NCBI RefSeq assembly: GCF_016127575.1
Contig: NZ_CP066018.1
Location: forward strand, 2,190,001-2,222,000
Direction: 5' to 3'
Source: Cupriavidus necator
Lineage (GTDB): Bacteria > Pseudomonadota > Gammaproteobacteria > Burkholderiales > Burkholderiaceae
Length of the DNA stretch: 32,000 nucleotides
Part shown: piece by piece, positions 1-11,189 of the stretch
How the letters are laid out: each line of letters begins with the position of its first letter
Position numbering within the stretch: the stretch's first letter is position 1
The notes under the pieces: model-generated
The model's database searches: none
Told to the model about the DNA's origin: nothing
What the model saw: only the letters and a program-made list of their open reading frames with translations
Program-made: the position numbers and the translations under genes

Positions 1-1
1 C

Positions 2-793
2 GAACTGCTGCGCTACGCGCGCGAGCGCTACCCGCATATCGTGCGCATCCTGACCACCGCGTATTCGGAGCTCGACCAGACCGTCGAGGCGGTCAACCAG
101 GGGCAGATCCACCGCTACATCAAGAAGCCGTGGGACATCACCGCGCTGCGCATGGAGCTGAAGCAGGCGCTGGAACTGGCCGGCCTGCGCAAGGAACGCG
201 ACCAGCTGCTGCGCGAGAAGCTGTCCGTGCTGCAGACCCAGACCGTGGCCTCGCGCATCGGCATGGTGCATGCGCTGTGCGCCAGCCTGATCGGGCCGGG
301 CCGTTTCCAGCCGGTGGAGACCTACCTCGCGGCGGTCGACCTGGCCGGCGCGGGCAGCGTCGAGCCGGACTGGCAGCGCATGGACTACGCCGACCTGGTG
401 CGGGCCGAGGCCGAGCGCAGCGGCAGCTTCGGCCATGCCGTCGGCACGCGCCTGGCGGGCCTGCGCAGCGCCAACGCGGGCAAGGGGGCGGCCGATGCCG
501 TCGCGGTAATCGCCGACGCGCTGGGCAGCGAGGTGGTGCGCCGCGATGGCGATACCGTGGTCTGGACCGCGCCGGCCACGTTGGCCGAGTACCTGGTGCA
601 GCCGGTGGGCGCGCCGGTGTCTGCCGCGCATGCGGCGTGGCTGGCCAGCCTGCTGTGGCTGGACGAGGCCGGCGGTGCGCTGCAGTTTGCGCGCGATGGC
701 GACGCCATCCTGTGCCGTGCCGGCCAGCGTACCGAGTTCTTCGCGGCCGACCGGCTGGCGGCGTGGATCGAGCGCTTTGCCGAGCAACGTTGA
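2..793 (+). CDS. Response regulator, 3' part (5' end lies left of the window): C-terminal part of a CheY-like receiver domain followed by a ~190-aa domain I cannot assign
   Basis: The frame is open from nt 2 (ELLRYARERYPHIVRILTTAYSELDQTVEAVNQGQIHRYIKKPWD...). This is the receiver beta4-alpha4-beta5 region with the conserved Lys in a KPW motif. A coiled linker (LRKERDQLLREKLSVLQ) and an Ala/Gly/Leu-rich tail follow. Stop TGA at 791-793. Confidence 0.8.
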   Translation, partial: ELLRYARERYPHIVRILTTAYSELDQTVEAVNQGQIHRYIKKPWDITALRMELKQALELAGLRKERDQLLREKLSVLQTQTVASRIGMVHALCASLIGPGRFQPVETYLAAVDLAGAGSVEPDWQRMDYADLVRAEAERSGSFGHAVGTRLAGLRSANAGKGAADAVAVIADALGSEVVRRDGDTVVWTAPATLAEYLVQPVGAPVSAAHAAWLASLLWLDEAGGALQFARDGDAILCRAGQRTEFFAADRLAAWIERFAEQR

Positions 794-831
794 CATGGAG
801 CCGGGCTGTAGCCGGTGAGGTGCAGGCTGAC

Positions 832-1320
832 ATGGCAAGCAAGACGATCGGTGCGGCCGCTGCCGTAGCCGCCAGGCGCAGGGGGCGGCCCGCGCGCTCC
901 GCGCAGAACGTCGATACGCAGCGCGCAGCGATTGTCGAGGCGGCTCGAACCATCCTGGTTTCCGCGGGACTCGAGGCAGCGTCCGCCAGGCGGATCGCGT
1001 TGGCGGCCGGCATCGCCCCGGCGACCCTCTATCTGTATTTCGAGAACATCGAAGTCCTTTACGCCGCGGTGCTGGGCGAGTCCCTGCTCCAGTTGCAGCA
1101 ATACGTGCGCGCGGCCACCGGCGATGTCCCGCCCCCGGCAAAGCCCGCCGGCGACGCAACGCCGGCGCGGGCCCGCGCCGCGGCATCACGCGACATTCGC
1201 CCGAAGGGATCTGGTTCAAGGAGTATGCCGAGCGCTACGGTCTTGCCGCCGCCGTGGAATGGCGCGATTCCGGCCGCCCCATCCCCGAGCCCGAGCCGGG
1301 ACAGGACCGCGAGCCGCTGA
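832..1320 (+). CDS. TetR/AcrR-family transcriptional regulator, N-terminal HTH domain only as annotated; the 3' part is probably frameshifted or degenerate
   Basis: ATG at 832. The TetR_N-type HTH signature is AIVEAARTILVSAGLEAASARRIALAAGIAPATLYLYFENIEVLY. After about nt 1130 the frame encodes a Pro/Ala/Arg/Ser-rich tail with falling GC3. A different frame (nt mod 3 = 0) then has high GC3 and runs to TAA at 1368-1370. Confidence 0.5.
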   Translation: MASKTIGAAAAVAARRRGRPARSAQNVDTQRAAIVEAARTILVSAGLEAASARRIALAAGIAPATLYLYFENIEVLYAAVLGESLLQLQQYVRAATGDVPPPAKPAGDATPARARAAASRDIRPKGSGSRSMPSATVLPPPWNGAIPAAPSPSPSRDRTASR

Positions 1321-1390
1321 TGCCGGCCCCGCCCGCGGGAGCGCGCTCACGCTGGTCAGGCCAGGCATAACACCGGCCGGCCGCGGAAAA

Positions 1391-1419
1391 AAACAAAGGC
1401 GCCCGGGGCGCCTTTGTTT
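1391..1419. terminator. Intrinsic terminator between the convergent TetR-like gene and secF
   Basis: A perfect 13-bp stem AAACAAAGGCGCC / GGCGCCTTTGTTT with a 3-nt loop. On the minus strand (secF transcript) a run of T follows it (complement of the A-run at 1386-1393). On the plus strand the stem ends in TTTGTTTT. Confidence 0.7.
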
Positions 1420-1436
1420 TCGTGGGCGGCAAGCCG

Positions 1437-2408
1437 TCAGGCCTGCGCGCCGTAGTTGGGGTCGTTGCGGTCGGTCGAGTCGGACTTCTTCTCGCCCTTG
1501 ACCAGATCCTCGCGCTTGACGCCCAGCCACATCGCCAGCGCCGCGGCCACGAACACCGACGAGTAGATGCCGAACAAGATGCCGACCGTCAGTGCCAGGG
1601 CAAAGTAGTGCAGCGTGGGGCCACCGAAGAAGAACATCGACAGCACCATCATCTGGGTCGAGCCGTGGGTGATGATGGTGCGCGAGATGGTGCTGGTGAT
1701 CGCGTTGTCGATGATCTCGTGGGTGCTCATCTTGCGGAACTTGCGGAAGTTCTCGCGGATCCGGTCGAAGATCACCACCGATTCGTTGACCGAATAGCCC
1801 AGCACCGCCAGGATCGCCGCCAGCACCGACAGCGAGAATTCCCACTGGAAGTAGGCGAAGAAGCCCAGGATGATGACCACGTCGTGCAGGTTGGCGATGA
1901 TGCCCGCCACCGCGAACTTCCATTCGAAGCGGAACGACAGGTAGATCACGATGCCGGCCACCACGCACAGCAGCGCGAGCAGGCCGTCGGTGGCCAGTTC
2001 CTTGCCCACCTGCGGGCCGACGAACTCCACCCGTTGCAGCTTCACGTCAGGCGAGGCCGCCTGCAGCGAGGCCATCACCTGCTCGCTCTGCTGGGCCGAG
2101 GTGACGGGCTTGCCGTCCGCGCCCTTCTGCAGCGGCAGGCGGATCATCACGTCGCGCGAGGTGCCGAAATTCTGCACCTGCACGTCGGTATAGCCCAGCT
2201 TGCCCACCTGGCCGCGGATCTTTTCCAGGTCGGCGGTCTGCTGGTAGCTGACTTCCATCACCGTGCCGCCGGTGAATTCGATCGACAGGTGCAGGCCCTT
2301 GTGCCAGAGGAAGAACACGGCTGCGGCAAACGTCAGGAAGGAAATCACGTTGAAGACCAACGCGTGCTTCATGAACGGAATGTCGCGCCGGATGCGGAAG
2401 AATTCCAT
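1437..2408 (-). CDS. secF: Protein translocase subunit SecF
   Basis: 323-aa ORF starting MEFFRIRRDIPFMKHALVFNVISF...IEFTGGTVMEV, with a multi-TM C-terminal half typical of SecF. AGGA lies 7 nt upstream of the ATG. It follows secD after a 40-nt gap. Confidence 0.97.
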   Translation of the reverse strand: MEFFRIRRDIPFMKHALVFNVISFLTFAAAVFFLWHKGLHLSIEFTGGTVMEVSYQQTADLEKIRGQVGKLGYTDVQVQNFGTSRDVMIRLPLQKGADGKPVTSAQQSEQVMASLQAASPDVKLQRVEFVGPQVGKELATDGLLALLCVVAGIVIYLSFRFEWKFAVAGIIANLHDVVIILGFFAYFQWEFSLSVLAAILAVLGYSVNESVVIFDRIRENFRKFRKMSTHEIIDNAITSTISRTIITHGSTQMMVLSMFFFGGPTLHYFALALTVGILFGIYSSVFVAAALAMWLGVKREDLVKGEKKSDSTDRNDPNYGAQA

Positions 2409-2448
2409 GTTGAATCCTGTTCTGTACTGCTAGTTGTTGCTGCTCGCC

Positions 2449-4320
2449 TTACTTGGCGACCGGCGTGTCGGTGGTGTTGCCCGGCTTCCAGATCTGGCCG
2501 ATGGCCACGCTCTGCAGCTTCTTCTTGCGGCCGTACCAGAGGTTGACCAGGCCGCGGTTGAAGAACACCGCCGAGAACATCGAGGTCAGGATGCCCAGGC
2601 AGTGCACCACGGCAAAGCCGCGCACCGGGCCCGAACCAAAGGCCAGCAGTGCCAGGCCGGCGATCAGCGTGGTCACGTTGGAGTCCAGAATGGTGGCCCA
2701 GGCGCGGTCGAAGCCGACCGCGATCGCCATCTGCGGCGACGCGCCCGCGCGCAGTTCCTCGCGGATGCGCTCGTTGATCAGCACGTTGGCGTCGATGGCC
2801 ATGCCCAGCACCAGCGCGATGGCGGCAATGCCCGGCAGCGTCAGCGTGGCCTGCAGCATCGACAGCACCGCGATCAGCAGCAGCAGGTTCACGCCCAGCG
2901 CCACCACCGAGAACACGCCGAACAGCATGTAGTACAGGATCATGAACACGCCGATGGCGGCAAAGCCGTAGGCGACCGAGTCAAAACCCTTCCGGATGTT
3001 GTCCGCGCCCAGCGACGGGCCGATGGTGCGCTCTTCGATGATCTCCATCGGCGCGGCCAGCGAGCCGGCGCGCAGCAGCAGCGCCAGGTCGTTGGCGGCT
3101 TCGGTGGAGTAGGAGCCGGTGATCTGGAAGCTGGAGCCCAGTTCGGACTGGATCGTCGCCACCGTCAGCACTTCGCCCTTGCCCTTTTCGAACAGCACGA
3201 TCGCCATCGGCTTCTTCAGGTTCTCGCGCGAGACGTCGCGCAGCACGCGTCCGCCCTGGGCGTCGAGCTTGATGTTGACCGAAGGCTGCTGGTTCTGGTC
3301 GAAGCCGGCCGAGGCGCTTTCAATGCGGTCGCCGGTGAAGATGACCTGCTTCTTCAGCACCACCGGGGCGCCGTTGCCTTGCGTGAAGAGCTCGCTGCCG
3401 AACGGGATCGGGTCGCCCGGGCGCGGGCTGCGCGGCGCGTCGTTGTCGACCAGGCGGGCTTCGAGCGTGGCGGTGCGGCCGATGATGTCCTTGGCCTTGG
3501 CGGTGTCCTGCACGCCGGGCAGCTGCACCACGATGCGGTCGGCGCCTTGCTGCTGGATCACCGGCTCGGCCACGCCAAGCTCGTTGACGCGGTTGTGCAG
3601 CGTGGTGATGTTCTGCTTGACCGCGGCATCCTGCACGGCCTTGCGGGCGGCTTCGGTGAAGGTGCCGACGATATTGTTGCCGTCCATGGCGAAGGCGACT
3701 TCGCGCAGGTTGTCGGCCAGCAGCGGACGCGCGCGGTTGGCGTCGTCGGCGTTGTTGAAGCGCACCGTCAGGCGCTCGCCATCGCGGTCGATGCCGCCGT
3801 GGCGGATGCTCTTGTCGCGCAGCAGGGTGCGCGCGTCGCCGCCCAGGCTGTCGAGCTTCTTGTCGACCGCGCCCTTCATGTCGACCTGCAGCAGGAAGTG
3901 CACGCCGCCGCGCAAGTCCAGGCCCAGGTACATCGGCAGCGCGTGCATGGCGGTCAGCCAGCGCGGCGAGCCCGACAGCAGGTTCAGCGCGACCACATAG
4001 GTGGGGTCGGCCGCGTCGGGGTTGAGCGTGCGCGACAGGATGTCCTTGGCCTTGAGCTGCTCGTCGGTGGTGCGGAAGCGCGCCTTGACCGAGCCGGACT
4101 GGCCGGAAATATCAAAGAAGACGCCGTCAGGCTGCAGCTGGTTCTGTGCCAGGATCTCTTCGACCTGCTTCTGCATCGACAGGTCGACCTTGACCGTGGC
4201 CTTGCCCGAGGACACCTGCACCGCAGGCGCCTCGCCGAAGAAATTCGGCAAGGTATAGATGATGCCGATGGCCAGGGCCACCAGGATCACGAGGTATTTC
4301 CAAAGCGGATAACGATTCAT
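2449..4320 (-). CDS. secD: Protein translocase subunit SecD
   Basis: Start chosen at the internal ATG 4320 (MNRYPLWKYLVILVALAIGIIYTLPNFFGE...), the canonical SecD N-terminus. The 33-codon upstream extension in the ORF track is Arg/Pro-rich and unlikely to be coding. 623 aa with a large periplasmic domain plus a C-terminal TM bundle. Confidence 0.95.
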   Translation of the reverse strand: MNRYPLWKYLVILVALAIGIIYTLPNFFGEAPAVQVSSGKATVKVDLSMQKQVEEILAQNQLQPDGVFFDISGQSGSVKARFRTTDEQLKAKDILSRTLNPDAADPTYVVALNLLSGSPRWLTAMHALPMYLGLDLRGGVHFLLQVDMKGAVDKKLDSLGGDARTLLRDKSIRHGGIDRDGERLTVRFNNADDANRARPLLADNLREVAFAMDGNNIVGTFTEAARKAVQDAAVKQNITTLHNRVNELGVAEPVIQQQGADRIVVQLPGVQDTAKAKDIIGRTATLEARLVDNDAPRSPRPGDPIPFGSELFTQGNGAPVVLKKQVIFTGDRIESASAGFDQNQQPSVNIKLDAQGGRVLRDVSRENLKKPMAIVLFEKGKGEVLTVATIQSELGSSFQITGSYSTEAANDLALLLRAGSLAAPMEIIEERTIGPSLGADNIRKGFDSVAYGFAAIGVFMILYYMLFGVFSVVALGVNLLLLIAVLSMLQATLTLPGIAAIALVLGMAIDANVLINERIREELRAGASPQMAIAVGFDRAWATILDSNVTTLIAGLALLAFGSGPVRGFAVVHCLGILTSMFSAVFFNRGLVNLWYGRKKKLQSVAIGQIWKPGNTTDTPVAK

Positions 4321-4401
4321 CTCTGGCCAGTCATTCAGCGGTTGGCGGGGCCGGCGCTGGCGTGGCGCACCACGTCGGCGGGGCCGAACCGGTTTGGCAA
4401 A

Positions 4402-4463
4402 CAGCCGCCTGGCAACCACGGATCGAAGCCACGGGGGCTTCGTCGGGCTGGATCAGGCGGCTG
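4402..4463 (-). promoter_or_regulatory. Nested GC-rich stem-loop in the yajC-secD spacer (possible attenuator or processing element)
   Basis: A perfect 10-bp outer stem CAGCCGCCTG (4402-4411) / CAGGCGGCTG (4454-4463). It encloses a 7-bp inner hairpin CGAAGCC (4424-4430) / GGCTTCG (4436-4442). On the transcribed minus strand the 3' arm is followed by UUUGCC. Confidence 0.3.
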
Positions 4464-4529
4464 CCGGGGCATGCGCGAACGGGCATGCCGGAAAAGACAA
4501 AGGCGGGAGTCGCGCGCGCGATCGGTGGA

Positions 4530-4856
4530 TCAGAGCGCCTTCAGCGAGCCCTTCGGCAGCACCGTCGTCACGGCGTTCTTCTGCACGGTGATTTCCGTGC
4601 CTTCGGCGATTTCCAGGCTGACGTACTGGTCGGTGACCTTGGTCACCTTGCCCAGGATGCCGCCGGCGGTCACGACTTCGTCGTTCTTGGCCAGCGCTTC
4701 GAGCATTGCCTTGGCTTCCTTCTGACGCTTCATCTGCGGGCGGATCATGATGAACCACAGCACGCCAAACATCAGGATGATGGGCAGGAAGCTCATCAGG
4801 CCGCCAGCCGCGCCGCCGGTACCGGTGGTCTGGGCAAATGCGTTAGAAATCAGCAC
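4530..4856 (-). CDS. yajC: Preprotein translocase subunit YajC
   Basis: 108 aa with a GTG start preceded by GGAGA. It has a single TM (LMSFLPIILMFGVLWFIMIRPQMKRQKE) and the YajC-typical C-terminal GGILGKV motif. It sits upstream of secDF. Confidence 0.95.
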   Translation of the reverse strand: MLISNAFAQTTGTGGAAGGLMSFLPIILMFGVLWFIMIRPQMKRQKEAKAMLEALAKNDEVVTAGGILGKVTKVTDQYVSLEIAEGTEITVQKNAVTTVLPKGSLKAL

Positions 4857-5076
4857 GTTGATTCTCCGTCACAAAATTAGTCAAATAATCGATCATTCTA
4901 CCATTCGCATTCCGCCCACCCTTGGCATTCTAGGGCGGAATACGGGTTTGTTCGGGTGCGCCCGGGACAACTTGCGGCAGGGGCGGCAAGGCCGGGCGCT
5001 CCGGATCGCGGCTCGCCCCCGGATGACCCGGCTATTCGACCGCCGGCAGCGCAAAAGTTCGCGCCAGCGGGCATTG

Positions 5077-9694
<4,618 letters not shown>

Positions 9695-9828
9695 TCGCGG
9701 GCTGGTTTTTCGACGGGATGTGCGCCATTCAGCGCACCCGCCAGTCCGCTGCGGGCTATTCGGGCTGGCGCTCTGACAGAAGCGGCAATCGAAGGTAAAA
9801 TCTATCGCCTACCGGAAACTGATAAGTC

Positions 9829-10779
9829 ATGACGCTCACCGAACTCAAGTACATCGTCGCCGTGGCGCGCGAGCGCCATTTCGGCCGGGCCGCCGAAGCC
9901 TGCTTTGTGTCGCAGCCGACGCTGTCGGTCGCGATCAAGAAGCTGGAAGACGAACTCAACGTGCAGATTTTCGAGCGCGGCACCTCCGAGGTGTCGGTGA
10001 CGTCGGTCGGCGAGCAGATCGTGGCGCAGGCCCAGCGCGTGCTTGAACAGACCATGGCCATTCGCGAGATCGCCAAGCAGGGCAAGGACCCGCTTGCGGG
10101 TCCGCTGCGCGTGGGCGTGATCTACACCATCGGGCCGTACCTGCTGCCGTCGCTGGTCAAGCAGATGATCGAGACCGTGCCGCAGATGCCGCTGATGCTG
10201 CAGGAGAACTACACCCACAAGCTGATCGAGCTGCTCAAGCAGGGTGAGATCGACTGCGCGGTGATGGCCGAGCCGTTCGCGGATTCGGGCCTGACGGTGC
10301 GCCCGCTCTACGACGAACCCTTTGTCGTCGCCGTGCCGCGCGGCCACCAGCTGGCGCAGGCGCGCTCCATCGACCCCGATGAACTGAAGCAGCAAACCAT
10401 GCTGCTGCTGGGCAGCGGCCACTGCTTCCGCGACCATGTGCTGGGCGTGTGCCCGGAACTGTCGCGCTTCTCGCAGGCGGCCGACGGCATCCAGAAGACC
10501 TTCGAGGGCTCGTCGCTGGAAACCATTCGCCATATGGTGGCCAGCGGGGTCGGCATCACCGTGCTGCCGCGCACCTCGGTGCCCGACCTGAAGGCCAAGG
10601 GCGACATGCTGTCCTATGTGCCGTTTGCCGATCCGGTGCCCGACCGGCGCGTGGTGCTGGCCTGGCGCAAGAGCTTCACCCGGCTGCCGGCTATGGAAGC
10701 GCTGGCCAACGCCGTGGCCGCGTGCGAGCTCGCCGGCGTGCGCAAGCTGGACGCCAAGGAGCTGGCCGAAGCGGCCTGA
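9829..10779 (+). CDS. oxyR: LysR-family hydrogen-peroxide sensor/regulator OxyR
   Basis: 316 aa with an N-terminal LTTR HTH (MTLTELKYIVAVARERHFGRAAEACFVSQPTLS). The redox Cys pair GHCFRDHVLGVC has the same C-X8-C spacing as E. coli C199/C208. It lies next to the catalase and dps genes. Confidence 0.9.
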   Translation: MTLTELKYIVAVARERHFGRAAEACFVSQPTLSVAIKKLEDELNVQIFERGTSEVSVTSVGEQIVAQAQRVLEQTMAIREIAKQGKDPLAGPLRVGVIYTIGPYLLPSLVKQMIETVPQMPLMLQENYTHKLIELLKQGEIDCAVMAEPFADSGLTVRPLYDEPFVVAVPRGHQLAQARSIDPDELKQQTMLLLGSGHCFRDHVLGVCPELSRFSQAADGIQKTFEGSSLETIRHMVASGVGITVLPRTSVPDLKAKGDMLSYVPFADPVPDRRVVLAWRKSFTRLPAMEALANAVAACELAGVRKLDAKELAEAA

Positions 10780-10811
10780 TCTTCCTGCCCCCACAGTACA
10801 GGCATTTCCCT

Positions 10812-10850
10812 CGGCCGCACCGGAGATTCCGCTGCGGCCGTTGTCATTTC
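10812..10850 (+). terminator. Possible oxyR terminator hairpin
   Basis: An 8-bp stem CGGCCGCA (10812-10819) / TGCGGCCG (10833-10840) with a 13-nt loop, followed by TTGTCATTTCC. The loop is long and the T-tract is interrupted. Confidence 0.35.
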
Positions 10851-10904
10851 CGGCCCAGCAACGGGGTATTTCAGGGACCTGTCTTCGGGCGGTCACCTTC
10901 CGCT

Positions 10905-10995
10905 GCGATAAGTTGCAGAAATCCCAGATAGATTTGACCTAATACATAGGTATAAATAATTGAATTCTCAATTCGATAGATCGTTGGTAGGCTGA
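10905..10995 (+). promoter_or_regulatory. AT-rich promoter/operator island upstream of the catalase gene
   Basis: This is the most conspicuous AT-rich stretch I noticed by eye. TTGACC (10934-10939) is followed 15-16 nt later by AATAAT/ATAATT (10955-10961). Three ATAG tetramers lie at 10928, 10946 and 10976, plus a short inverted repeat ATTGA-ATTC-TCAAT (10959-10972). The location fits an OxyR-controlled promoter, but the spacing does not match the E. coli OxyR consensus. Confidence 0.4.
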
Positions 10996-11189
10996 CTCCT
11001 GTCGATGCAGATGGCATCGACCTGAGACAGGAACCAATGATGAGCACCAGCGCCCAGTTCTCTCCGACAACAATCAACGGGCGCCCGTTTCCCCTCCGCG
11101 TGGGGCGCTGCCTGCTCGATTGCCTTGCCTGCTATGCCGCCGCGCTCTGATGCGGCGTTCCCTTTCAGCCTACCCACAAAGAGGAAAAG

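Noticed and set aside
130-1320. A 396-aa ORF spanning the response-regulator gene and the TetR-like gene.
   Set aside because: Only its 3' part (from ATG 832) carries the TetR HTH. The 5' 700 nt overlap the response regulator out of frame with a low-complexity translation.
2434-4725. A 763-aa plus-strand ORF antisense to secD. Similar long antisense or out-of-frame ORFs include 1422-2546, 4747-6216, 6213-7397, 7439-8785, 9802-10896, 10968-12572, 14609-15748, 17192-18193, 20149-21195, 21211-22659, 22772-25132, 24664-26286, 26211-28328, 27950-29575 and 30352-31860.
   Set aside because: Each lies opposite to, or out of frame with, a gene that has unmistakable family motifs. Their translations are monotonous Arg/Ala/Gly/His/Asp/Gln/Val-rich strings, as expected from stop-codon scarcity in GC-rich DNA, and none has a recognisable motif.
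10871-11077. A 68-aa minus-strand ORF (TTG start) covering the AT-rich island between oxyR and the catalase gene.
   Set aside because: Its third-codon-position G+C is very low, unlike every confident gene here. It has a TTG start with no well-spaced Shine-Dalgarno sequence, and it covers what looks like promoter/operator DNA. It is most likely a chance open frame.
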